Positions 9,605 to 19,479 of a DNA stretch of 64,000 bases are shown one piece after another (position 1 is the stretch's first letter; every line of letters begins with the position of its first letter). The position numbers and the translations under genes were made by a program. Location of the stretch: contig OZ223300.1 in the NCBI GenBank assembly GCA_965140705.1, forward strand, positions 832,001-896,000. The letters run 5' to 3'. Source of the DNA: an uncultured Arcobacter sp. GTDB lineage: Bacteria > Campylobacterota > Campylobacteria > Campylobacterales > Arcobacteraceae. Below the pieces are notes generated by a model, which worked only from the letters and a program-made list of their open reading frames with translations, made no database searches and had not been told where the DNA came from.

Positions 9605-10795
9605 ATGAAAAACTGGTATAACAAGTTTATATCTCAACCCCATCAACCATTTTTTACAAGTGGTATTATTTTTTTATTGCTTTTTATCTTAACTATTTTT
9701 TTAAACTATTCAAATCTTGTTACTATTAAAGTACCTCTATTGATATTTCATGCATATGCTTTACTTTTTGTAGTATTTATTCAACTTTTTTTAGGTTTTT
9801 TATTTGTTGTATTTCCAAAATTTTTAGTGCAAGCAGATATTAAAAAAGAAGTTTATTCAAAACAAGCTATTTTATATTTTATTGGTTCTTTAATATTTTT
9901 TATATCAATATTTACAAGTGAAATTTTAAATATATTTTCAATATTTTTTCTTTTTTGTGTTCAATTGAGCAGTTTCAAGATTTTGTATAATATTCATATA
10001 AAATCAACTGTAAAAATTAAAAAAGATACTTTATGGATACTTATTTCATTTGCTTGTGGACTTTTTGCAAATTTACTATTTATTTTTTCTTTTATTTCTT
10101 CAGATTATTCAAGTACACTACGACAGCTATCTATAAATAGTGGATTTTATCTTTTTATTTTTATGCTAATTTTTGCTATTGCACAGAGAATGGTGCCATT
10201 TTTCTCTTCAGCTAAAATTGAAGGATATGTAATAAATAAATCAAAATATATTTTAGAAATAGTATTTGTTTTTTTAGTTTTGAAAATGCTTATTTTAACT
10301 TTTTTACCAAGTACATATAATTTGATTAGTGATATTCCTCTTTTTATAATATTTACAAATGAATTAATAAAATGGAAATTTTCATTCAAAAAAGTAAGTG
10401 CCATTATGTGGATTTTGTATCTTTCTTTATATTGGATTCCCATTGGATTTTTTCTTTCAATTGTACAATCAATAATAAATATTTTTGATAATTCAATTGT
10501 TTTTGAACAAAGTATTATTCATATATTTGCTTTAGGATATTTTTGTACTATTTTATTAGGATTTGGAACAAGAGTCACCTTAGGACATTCTGGAGCCATT
10601 CCAACTGCCAATAGATTTACAGTTATTTTATATCTTATTTTTCAAGTAGTTGTACTATTGAGACTATTTACAGCATATAGTATAAATTTTGGTTTTGATT
10701 ATTTATTTTTTATAAACCTAAGTGCTATACTATTTTTACTTGTCTTTATTTTATGGTCATCAAAATATATTGTAATACTTCTAAAAGGAAAATAG
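9605..10795 (+). CDS. nnrS: NnrS family membrane protein
   Basis: QPHQPFF start, HAY...FLGFL, RMVPFFS, GTRVTLGHSG; many TM helices. Confidence 0.85.
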   Translation: MKNWYNKFISQPHQPFFTSGIIFLLLFILTIFLNYSNLVTIKVPLLIFHAYALLFVVFIQLFLGFLFVVFPKFLVQADIKKEVYSKQAILYFIGSLIFFISIFTSEILNIFSIFFLFCVQLSSFKILYNIHIKSTVKIKKDTLWILISFACGLFANLLFIFSFISSDYSSTLRQLSINSGFYLFIFMLIFAIAQRMVPFFSSAKIEGYVINKSKYILEIVFVFLVLKMLILTFLPSTYNLISDIPLFIIFTNELIKWKFSFKKVSAIMWILYLSLYWIPIGFFLSIVQSIINIFDNSIVFEQSIIHIFALGYFCTILLGFGTRVTLGHSGAIPTANRFTVILYLIFQVVVLLRLFTAYSINFGFDYLFFINLSAILFLLVFILWSSKYIVILLKGK

Positions 10796-10864
10796 TAATT
10801 TTCTAAACTACACATTTTCTTAACATATTTAAAATAAAATAAAAAATGAAATAAAGGATATGTT

Positions 10865-11806
10865 ATGAAAATAAATGAAAATGAAATAACTCCAAAAGAA
10901 CTATTTGAAGATAGAAGAAAGTTTATAAAATTAGGTGCTGCTTCAGTAGTAGCAAGTTCTACTTTGATGGAACTTATGGCAAAAGAGAATTTGCCAACAC
11001 CAAATTTAACATATAAAAAAGATATTAATAGTGAACACCTTAAGTTAAATAGTTTTGAACAAATCACTTCTTATAATAATTTTTATGAATTTACTACTTC
11101 AAAAAAAGATGTAAAATATATGGCTCATACTTTGAAACCAAGCCCATGGGCTATAGAGATTGATGGACTTGTTGAAAAACCATTTACAATTGATATAAAA
11201 GATTTGATTAGTTCAAATCCTTTGGAAGAGAGAATTTATAGATTTAGATGTGTTGAGGGCTGGTCGATGGTTGTTCCATGGGTTGGTTTTGAACTCGCTA
11301 AATTTATAAAAAAATGTAAACCTTTAAGTGATGCAAAATATGTAAGGTTTGAAACTAAATATGACCAAGAGATGTTCCCTGACCAAGAAAGGAGTGTTGT
11401 TTTTGCAAATATTAAAAACTATCCTTATGTGGAAGGTCTTAGAATGGATGAAGCCATGAATCCTCTTACAATATTGGCAGTAGGTCTTTATGGGAAAACT
11501 TTAGAGAATCAAAATGGAGCTCCTATTAGATTAGTAGTACCTTGGAAATATGGATTTAAATCAATAAAATCAATTGCAAAAATATCGTTTGTAAAAGAAC
11601 AGCCTTTAAATACTTGGCAAGATATTGCTTCAAATGAGTATGGCTTTTATGCAAATGTTAACCCTAAAGTTGACCATCCAAGATGGAGTCAAGCAAGGGA
11701 AAGAGTTTTGGGTAAATTTTTAAAACAAGATACTTTGATGTTCAATGGTTATGAAAAAGAAGTTGCTTATATGTATAAAGGAATGGATTTAAGAAAGAAC
11801 TTTTAA
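10865..11806 (+). CDS. msrP: Methionine sulfoxide reductase catalytic subunit MsrP
   Basis: Tat motif RRKFIK, YNNFYEF, ERIYRFRCVEGWSMV, QNGAPIRLVVPWKYGFKSIK, HPRWSQ. Confidence 0.96.
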   Translation: MKINENEITPKELFEDRRKFIKLGAASVVASSTLMELMAKENLPTPNLTYKKDINSEHLKLNSFEQITSYNNFYEFTTSKKDVKYMAHTLKPSPWAIEIDGLVEKPFTIDIKDLISSNPLEERIYRFRCVEGWSMVVPWVGFELAKFIKKCKPLSDAKYVRFETKYDQEMFPDQERSVVFANIKNYPYVEGLRMDEAMNPLTILAVGLYGKTLENQNGAPIRLVVPWKYGFKSIKSIAKISFVKEQPLNTWQDIASNEYGFYANVNPKVDHPRWSQARERVLGKFLKQDTLMFNGYEKEVAYMYKGMDLRKNF

Positions 11807-12348
11807 TGAAAGTAATTATTTTTATACTATTAATTTTGCCATCATTTATTTTGGGGTATCAAGTTTTTATAGTACAAGATCTTATTGATCCAATAAAATA
11901 TATCTATACTGTAACAGGTGCAATTGCAATGGTTTTACTCTTTTTTTCAATAACTATTTCACTTATACGAAAAAAAGTAAATCTAATCTCTTATAGGAAG
12001 ATGATAGGACTTTTTGGATTTTATTATGTCTTTCTACATTTTTTAAATTTTGTAATTTTGGATATGGAAGTTGATTTTACAAAAGTGATAAAAGAGACTT
12101 TAGAAAAACCATTTATTTATCTAGGAATGATATCTTTTTTTCTTTTATTATTTATGACCGTTACATCATTTGGAAAACTTTTTAAACTATATTTTAAATA
12201 TCATAAAGTCATATATATAGTTTTAATATTCTCAACTATTCATTTTGTCATGGCCCAAAAAGTATTATCTATTTCTCAAATGGGATATTTACTAATTATT
12301 ATTATAATTGGACTTTTTAAATTTAAACAAAGAGTAAAACTAAATTAA
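11806..12348 (+). CDS. msrQ: Heme-binding membrane subunit MsrQ
   Basis: Coupled to msrP; RKMIGLFGFYYVFLH, KPFIYLG, HKVIY, IHF. Confidence 0.88.
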   Translation: MKVIIFILLILPSFILGYQVFIVQDLIDPIKYIYTVTGAIAMVLLFFSITISLIRKKVNLISYRKMIGLFGFYYVFLHFLNFVILDMEVDFTKVIKETLEKPFIYLGMISFFLLLFMTVTSFGKLFKLYFKYHKVIYIVLIFSTIHFVMAQKVLSISQMGYLLIIIIIGLFKFKQRVKLN

Positions 12349-14001
12349 CTTACTCTTTTTTATATAATCAGCTACTCTAAATGAGTTTGCAAATATTGTC
12401 CAAGTATAAGGAACACTTCCTCCTGTAGGCATAAAGCTTCCATCTGTGACAAAAAGGTTTTCTATATCATGGCTTTGACAATATTTGTTTAAGACAGATT
12501 TTTTAGGGTCATTACCAAATCTACAACCACCAGCTTGTAAGTTTGCAGAAGGAAGTGGTGAAATATCACTTTTAATATCACGAGCTCCCATTTGTTTTAG
12601 TACATCTATTGCTTTTTGGGCTAAGAAGTTTCCAACTTTTACATCTTGAGGATGGGCACCAATTCTAATTGTTGCAACGGGGACCCCATATTTATCTTTA
12701 TACTTTTTATCTATACTTACAAAACAATCATCATTTGGCATCCAGTCTGTAAAAATTTCAAAATTTAGAACCCTTGATTTTGTAAAATTTTTGTATATTT
12801 TATCTTGTAACTCTTCCCCAAACAAAAGATTACCATTGTCATCAGATTTTAATCTTAATGCTTTTCTTATTGGATTTGCATGGTCAAATAGAAAATCTAT
12901 AGTTCCACCTTTAAACTCTTTTGTAAAATACCAATCTTGCAAACCTCTATTTACGAAAAAGCCAGTTTCAAATAACTTATCCTTGCTTAATATTTTTGTA
13001 TCAATAATAGCACTTCCTTGTCCACCACCTGTAAAAAGCATATTTTTACCAACTTGCCCAGATGAGTTTGCTAAACCATTTGTAAAATCACTATTTTTTG
13101 AGTTTAAAAGAAGCCTTGAACTTTCTACTGCTTGAGTTGCTACAACAAAAAGTTTTGCTTCAACTGTTTTTTCTATTTTATCCTTTGTATAATATACAGC
13201 CTTTTTTATCTTTTTATTTTTATTTGTAAGAAGTTTAAATACAAAGGCGTTTGGTATTATTGTTATATTTGTACTATTTATTATAGGTTGTATTAAAGAA
13301 GCTCTTGAACTTCCTTTTGCTCCACTTGAACAACAATAAGAACCACAATAGTTTGAATAATAACAGGCATTTCTTTTATCTTTATTTTGTGAAATAATTG
13401 CCCTTGGAACTTTATATGAAACATAATCTAATTCTTCACAGGCTTTATCTATTAAATCAACTATTGGGTGTTCTTTTAATCTTGGATAAGCATAGTTTTT
13501 ACTACTTCTTGGTTCTGCATGTTCGTATTTTGTATATTCCCCTGATACTCCAATGACTTTTTCGATCATATCATAATATGGTTCTAATTCATCATAAGAG
13601 ATTGGCCAATCAACAACATTGGCACCTTTATATTTACCAAAAGTTGATTTTAATTTAAAATCTTTTGGCTTAAGTCTATGAAAATATCCACTCATAAAAT
13701 TTGATGAACCACCTAATATATTCCCATTCCAAAAACTCCAGCCAGTTTCATATGTAGGAAATTTATACCATTTGCCATCGATTTTTTCTTCTATTACATG
13801 GTATTCGTCTTTTAGGTTTGGAGTAAATATATCCCTTCTTGAGTAGGCTATCTCATCTTTTGAGAAATCTTTTTCTGTGTATATATCACCTTTTTCTAAG
13901 ATTAATACTTTTTTACCTTCTTTTGCAAGGGTATAAGCTATTGGTCCAGCACCAGCTCCACTTCCTATTATACATACATCATATATCAATTTTTGCTCCA
14001 T
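12340..14001 (-). CDS. GMC family FAD oxidoreductase (gluconate dehydrogenase-like large subunit)
   Basis: IIGSGAGAG, LGGSS, WPISYDELEPYY, Cys cluster CYYSNYCGSYCC, NLFVTDGSFMPT. Confidence 0.9.
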   Translation of the reverse strand: MEQKLIYDVCIIGSGAGAGPIAYTLAKEGKKVLILEKGDIYTEKDFSKDEIAYSRRDIFTPNLKDEYHVIEEKIDGKWYKFPTYETGWSFWNGNILGGSSNFMSGYFHRLKPKDFKLKSTFGKYKGANVVDWPISYDELEPYYDMIEKVIGVSGEYTKYEHAEPRSSKNYAYPRLKEHPIVDLIDKACEELDYVSYKVPRAIISQNKDKRNACYYSNYCGSYCCSSGAKGSSRASLIQPIINSTNITIIPNAFVFKLLTNKNKKIKKAVYYTKDKIEKTVEAKLFVVATQAVESSRLLLNSKNSDFTNGLANSSGQVGKNMLFTGGGQGSAIIDTKILSKDKLFETGFFVNRGLQDWYFTKEFKGGTIDFLFDHANPIRKALRLKSDDNGNLLFGEELQDKIYKNFTKSRVLNFEIFTDWMPNDDCFVSIDKKYKDKYGVPVATIRIGAHPQDVKVGNFLAQKAIDVLKQMGARDIKSDISPLPSANLQAGGCRFGNDPKKSVLNKYCQSHDIENLFVTDGSFMPTGGSVPYTWTIFANSFRVADYIKKSKLI

Positions 14002-14473
14002 ATTTTCTTTTGGGTCTTGGAATTCCAGGTTTATGATTTAATGCCATCCATCCTGATTGAAATTTATTTCCACCATAAATTGGGTCACTAAGCATGGCTT
14101 CGATTCCATAATAAACTAAGCTATTTAACCATGAGTTTCCGTATTCACTCTCATTGGCTTGTTTTACAATTTCTATTTTTTCAGCTTTTGTTGCTTTAAA
14201 AAATTTAGGAAAAGTCTCATTGAAAACTTGTGCTCCATTTAAAATAAGTTCTAAATCGTCTTTATCAAAACTATAGTGGTCGATATTTTGTTTTAAATAT
14301 GCAACACTGCCAAATTCTTTAGCACTTGGCATTTTGGAAGTTTTTGGTAGAAGTATATTTTGTACTTCTAAAATAGTTGTCCAAATTTTATCATCAACAT
14401 CTTTTGCCATCATGTAACTATTTACAATAATAGGTGTAAGTGAGCTTAGTTTTATAAATGTTCTTCTTTTCAT
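13979..14473 (-). CDS. Tat-exported gluconate 2-dehydrogenase subunit 3 family protein
   Basis: MKRRTFIK Tat signal; EAMLSDPIYGGN...GW motif; overlaps the GMC gene. Confidence 0.85.
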   Translation of the reverse strand: MKRRTFIKLSSLTPIIVNSYMMAKDVDDKIWTTILEVQNILLPKTSKMPSAKEFGSVAYLKQNIDHYSFDKDDLELILNGAQVFNETFPKFFKATKAEKIEIVKQANESEYGNSWLNSLVYYGIEAMLSDPIYGGNKFQSGWMALNHKPGIPRPKRKYGAKIDI

Positions 14474-14604
14474 AGTTTTATCTTATATAAAATTTGTAAA
14501 TTTTTTGTGTAGTAATTATTATATCATATGCTTAGATTTTTACTATTTAATAAAGCACTTTATGATACTATTCGCAAATGACAAATAAAATGAATATATA
14601 CTAA

Positions 14605-16647
14605 ATGCCCTTATCTAATCTAAACGAAGAACAATTAGCAGCTGCCACATGTGAACCAGGCTTTAACCTTATTATTGCAAGTGCAGGGACTGGAAAAACA
14701 TCCACTATTGTTGGAAGAATTGCTACCTTACTTAATGGTGGAGTTAAGCCTTCTGAAATAATACTTTTGACTTTTACAAATAAAGCTGCCCAAGAGATGG
14801 TACAAAGGGTTTCTAAATTTTTTGGAAAAGAGACAGCTGGTGCTATTATGGCTGGAACTTTTCATAGTGTAAGTTATAAGTTAATAAAACAATTACAAGT
14901 AAATATTACACTGAAACAACCAAATGAATTAAAAACACTTTTTAAATCTATTTATGAAAAAAGAGTTTTTTTTGAAAGGGATGATTCTACAAGTCCTTAT
15001 GATGGTGGCTATTTATATGATATTTATTCCCTATATTTAAACTCTAAAAATAATGAAGAGTTTGGTGATTGGATAGTTGAAAAAAATGCTGGACATGAGA
15101 TTTATACAGATATTTATGAAGATGTAATCAAAGAGTTTCATATATTAAAAAAAGAGTATGGTTATGCAAATTTTGATGATTTATTAACTATTATGCTTGA
15201 ATTACTCAAAAATAATGAGTTTGATTTTAAAGAAATACTTGTGGATGAATATCAAGACACAAACCCTTTACAAGGAAAATTACTAGAAGCTTTTAAGCCT
15301 AAATCTCTTTTTTGTGTAGGTGATTATGACCAGAGTATTTATGCTTTTAATGGTTCAGATATTGGAATTATCTCTACTTTTGCCAATAGATATGATGGGG
15401 CAAAAGTTTTTACTCTTAGAAAAAACTATCGTTCAACCAAACCTATTTTACAACTAGCAACAAAAGTGATTGAACATAATGAAAGAATTTATGATAAAAA
15501 CCTTGAAGTAGTGAGACAAGATGCAGAGCATTCACCAAGATTATTAACTTTTAGTGAACTTTTTGATCAATATGAACATATTTCAAAACTTATAAGTCAA
15601 AGCACAACTCCACATAGTGAAATAGCAATTATTTTTAGAAATAATTCAAGTGCTGATGGAATAGAAGCAAATTTAAGGGAGTTCTCAATACCTGCTAAAA
15701 GAAAAGGTGGAAAGAGTTTTTTTGAAGCTGCTGAGGTAAAATTTGTATTAGATATTATTACTTTAATGAAAAGTCACAATGATATGATGGCAGCCATTCA
15801 TATTTTAGAGTATGGAAAAGGAATAGGAAAAGCCATTGCAAAAGATTTATTTGATGCTTTGATGAAATTAGGTCATGGGGATTTATTTCAAGGACTATTT
15901 AATCCAGATCCAAATATAAAAAATCCATATGAATCAACAAAAACAAAAAATGTTCAGCTAGGACTTTTTGATGATTTTGCTGAGTTAGGTTCAGTTTCTA
16001 AATTCAAAGATTGTGGTTTTGATGAAAAATTTTTAGGTAATCCAATTTTAAAGCATCCCAAACTTAGTGTTGAAGGTGGAGAATTTTTATTTGAATTTTA
16101 TTTGATAGTAAAAGATTTAAAAAGAATAAAAAATCCAAGAAGTGCCATTGATCATATTTTTAAATCAAACTTGTATGACCACTTGATAGAGATGTTGTCT
16201 ACAAAAAGAGCTACAAGAAAAGATGGACAAGTAGATTCTTCTATGAAACAGACTTCAATAGTAAGAATAAATAGAAAAATTACTTTATTAAAATCTTTGT
16301 CTTACAATTATAGTGATATAGAGAAGTTCATAAATGCTATGGTTTTAGGTGGTAGTGAGATGAGTGAAGGTGATGGTGTAAATCTACTTTCCGTTCATGC
16401 ATCAAAGGGCTTAGAATTTAAAGAAGTTTATGTAATAGATTTGATGAATGGAAGATTCCCAAATCAAAAACTAATAGCAAAAGGTGGAAGTATAGAAGAA
16501 GAGAGAAGACTGTTTTATGTGGCAGTTACAAGGGCAAAAGATATTTTGTATCTCTCTTATGCAAAGTATGATAAAGTAAAAAAATTAAGTTTTGTACACT
16601 CTCAATTTTTAAAAGAAGCAGGCTTAATAAAAGATGATACAGAATAA
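14605..16647 (+). CDS. UvrD/REP family ATP-dependent helicase
   Basis: ASAGTGKT, LTFTNKAA, VDEYQD, VGDYDQSIYAF, NYRS, VHASKGLEF, EERRLFYVAVTRA. Confidence 0.93.
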   Translation: MPLSNLNEEQLAAATCEPGFNLIIASAGTGKTSTIVGRIATLLNGGVKPSEIILLTFTNKAAQEMVQRVSKFFGKETAGAIMAGTFHSVSYKLIKQLQVNITLKQPNELKTLFKSIYEKRVFFERDDSTSPYDGGYLYDIYSLYLNSKNNEEFGDWIVEKNAGHEIYTDIYEDVIKEFHILKKEYGYANFDDLLTIMLELLKNNEFDFKEILVDEYQDTNPLQGKLLEAFKPKSLFCVGDYDQSIYAFNGSDIGIISTFANRYDGAKVFTLRKNYRSTKPILQLATKVIEHNERIYDKNLEVVRQDAEHSPRLLTFSELFDQYEHISKLISQSTTPHSEIAIIFRNNSSADGIEANLREFSIPAKRKGGKSFFEAAEVKFVLDIITLMKSHNDMMAAIHILEYGKGIGKAIAKDLFDALMKLGHGDLFQGLFNPDPNIKNPYESTKTKNVQLGLFDDFAELGSVSKFKDCGFDEKFLGNPILKHPKLSVEGGEFLFEFYLIVKDLKRIKNPRSAIDHIFKSNLYDHLIEMLSTKRATRKDGQVDSSMKQTSIVRINRKITLLKSLSYNYSDIEKFINAMVLGGSEMSEGDGVNLLSVHASKGLEFKEVYVIDLMNGRFPNQKLIAKGGSIEEERRLFYVAVTRAKDILYLSYAKYDKVKKLSFVHSQFLKEAGLIKDDTE

Positions 16648-16761
16648 TTATAGCTTCAATAAATAAACTATTTTTAAGACTAAGTTAATAATCAGTTAAT
16701 TAGTAATAACATATTATTAATTATAAATAAATTACTTTTAATTTTTTTAAGGTTATATAAT

Positions 16762-19479
16762 ATGAAACTTACTCTTTCAAAAATAAATTTTATAAATATC
16801 TTTTCTATAATAGTTGTTTTTTCAATGATATTAGGCTTTTTTATATACGAATTTAATCAAGAATTATATGAAAAAAAAGTTGTTTCACTTGAAGAAAGTT
16901 ATTTCAAAAAAAATAAATCAATAATTAAAAATGAAATAGAACGGGCTATAAAAAGAATAGAAGTAATAAATAACTTAATTTATGAAAAAAATGAATCTAT
17001 TTTAAGAGAAAAAGTAGGTTTTGTTAAAAATTTATTTGATTCTAATAATGACAAAGATTTTAGTACTATTTTGTCTAAATATAAAAAAGAGTTGAATCTT
17101 TTAAAATGGGATAATGGATCAGGTTATTTTTATATATTTGATAAAAATGGAAAAATCTTATACCATGGTGGCAATAAAAAATATATAAATACTAATGTTT
17201 TTGAATCATCTAAAACAAATAAAGAGTTATATGATTTTTTAAAAGAAACTTTAATTTTAGATGAAAACTATGGTTCTTATAAATGGTATAAACCAAATGA
17301 AAGTCCAAAGGAAATCTATACAAAATATGTTTATATAAAAAGAGATGAGAAGCATGATATTTATATAGCAGCTGGAGTTTATAAAAAAGAAATAGATAAA
17401 AAAGTTCAGGAATTAATTTTTGAAGATTTTAAAAAAGATAGATTTGGCGATAATAAATATGGTTATTTTTGGATATTGGGATTAGATAAAGTTATGAAAA
17501 TGCATGCCCTTAGTCCTGAAATCGAAGGCAAAATAAATAATGATGTTTTTTCTATAAAAGGAAAAGTTCTTAATGATATTGCTATCAAAAAAGCTTTAGA
17601 TGGTGGTGGATATATTAATTATAAGTGGATAAGACCAGATACAAAAAAAGAAGATGAAAAATTTTCTTATGTAAAATTAATACCTAATTGGAATTTTATT
17701 ATTGGAGCAGGTTTTTATGTTACAGAATTACAAGATATATTAGAAGAAGAAAAAAGATCTCTGAAAGAGTTATCTAATGAATATTTGACAAAAGTTTTTG
17801 TTGTTTTTACTATTTTGATTTCTATCTCTTTATTGATAGCAAGGTATCTTTCACTAAAAATTAATAATGTTGAAGTTGAAAGAGAAGAACATATGAATAT
17901 GCTAGAACAATACAAACTATTATTAGATAGAAGTTCTGTTGTTTCTAAGACTGATAAAGATGGAATTATTACTTATGTAAATGATAGTTTTGAAAAGATT
18001 AGTGGATATAATAAAAATGAACTTATAGGCATAACCCATAAAATAATTGCTCATCCAGATACTTCACGAAGCCAATCTAAAAAATTATGGGACACTATTT
18101 TAAAAGGGAAAATTTGGAAAGGTATTCTTAAAAATAAAAGAAAAGATGGAGCTAGTTATTATAATAGTATTACCATTATTCCAATAAAAGACTCCCAAGG
18201 CAATATAAAAGAGTTCATATCAGCAGGTACGATAGTTACTGAATTAATAGAAAATCGATCAAAACTAAAAAATCTATTTAAGACTGATGCTTTAACAGGT
18301 TTAGGAAATAGAGTAAGTTTGATTGATCATATTTCCAAACAACAAAGTGGAACTTTGGCATTAATAAATATTGATAGGTTTAAAGAGATAAATGATAGTT
18401 ACAATCATGTTATTGGCGATGAAGTAATAAAAGCCTTAGCCGATAGATTGTTTACATATTTTAATGATAAAAGTTATGATTTATATAGACTACAATCTGA
18501 TGTTTTTGCACTTTTTACAGCTAATAAAGAGAGCATAATAGATGATATAAATGACTTCATGAATACTTTAGGAAAAGAGCCCTATCTACTTGAAAAAGAA
18601 AAATTTATACTTACGTATACTTGTGGTATTGCTTCTAATAATGAGAACTTATTAACTTATGCAGATATTGCATTAACTGAAGCTAAAAATAAAAAAGTAA
18701 AAATAAAAGAGTATAACAATTCAATGAAAAATGTTGAAGAGTTTAAGAATAATTTATTGTGGGTTGAAAGATTACATCTTGCAATAAAAGAAAATAGAAT
18801 TTTCCCACATTATCAGCCAATATATAATTATAAAACTGGAAAAATTGATAAATATGAAGCTTTGATGAGGTTATATCTTGATGGAAAAATTATATATCCA
18901 AATGAATATTTAGATATTGCTAAAAAAACAAAGTTGTACCCAGAATTAACATATAAAATGGTGGAAAAAGTAATTAGTAAGTTTTCTACTAATAACTATG
19001 AATTCTCAATTAATTTATGTATAGAAGACTTGATGAATGAAGAGTTGATGATATTTGTATTTGATTATGCTGAGCAAAAAGGCGTATTTAATAGAATGGT
19101 TTTAGAAATTGTTGAATCAGAAGAGATAGATGATAGTGATTATATAAATAAACTTCTTAGAAGATTTAAAGATGAAGGTGTAAAAATTGCCATAGATGAT
19201 TTTGGTAGCGGTTATTCAAATTATGACTATTTGATTAAGTTACAAGCAGATTATTTGAAAATTGATGGTTCAATCATAAAATTAATCGAAAATGATAGTA
19301 GGACGCAAGACGTTGTAAAATCAATTTTTGAGTTTGCACAAAAATCTAACATAAAAGTTATTGCAGAGTTTGTAAGTAATGAAAATATAGATAAAATCTT
19401 AAGAGAGATAGGCATAGACTATGCACAAGGTTTTTATTATGGAAAACCTGAAGCTAAACTAATAGATGAAGTAAGTTAA
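16762..19479 (+). CDS. Membrane Cache-PAS-GGDEF(degenerate)-EAL protein, probable c-di-GMP phosphodiesterase
   Basis: Two Cache repeats (GYFYIFD, GYFWILG), TM, PAS (YVNDSFEKISGY), YRLQSDVF in place of GGDEF, YEALMR and DDFGSGYS. Confidence 0.9.
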   Translation: MKLTLSKINFINIFSIIVVFSMILGFFIYEFNQELYEKKVVSLEESYFKKNKSIIKNEIERAIKRIEVINNLIYEKNESILREKVGFVKNLFDSNNDKDFSTILSKYKKELNLLKWDNGSGYFYIFDKNGKILYHGGNKKYINTNVFESSKTNKELYDFLKETLILDENYGSYKWYKPNESPKEIYTKYVYIKRDEKHDIYIAAGVYKKEIDKKVQELIFEDFKKDRFGDNKYGYFWILGLDKVMKMHALSPEIEGKINNDVFSIKGKVLNDIAIKKALDGGGYINYKWIRPDTKKEDEKFSYVKLIPNWNFIIGAGFYVTELQDILEEEKRSLKELSNEYLTKVFVVFTILISISLLIARYLSLKINNVEVEREEHMNMLEQYKLLLDRSSVVSKTDKDGIITYVNDSFEKISGYNKNELIGITHKIIAHPDTSRSQSKKLWDTILKGKIWKGILKNKRKDGASYYNSITIIPIKDSQGNIKEFISAGTIVTELIENRSKLKNLFKTDALTGLGNRVSLIDHISKQQSGTLALINIDRFKEINDSYNHVIGDEVIKALADRLFTYFNDKSYDLYRLQSDVFALFTANKESIIDDINDFMNTLGKEPYLLEKEKFILTYTCGIASNNENLLTYADIALTEAKNKKVKIKEYNNSMKNVEEFKNNLLWVERLHLAIKENRIFPHYQPIYNYKTGKIDKYEALMRLYLDGKIIYPNEYLDIAKKTKLYPELTYKMVEKVISKFSTNNYEFSINLCIEDLMNEELMIFVFDYAEQKGVFNRMVLEIVESEEIDDSDYINKLLRRFKDEGVKIAIDDFGSGYSNYDYLIKLQADYLKIDGSIIKLIENDSRTQDVVKSIFEFAQKSNIKVIAEFVSNENIDKILREIGIDYAQGFYYGKPEAKLIDEVS

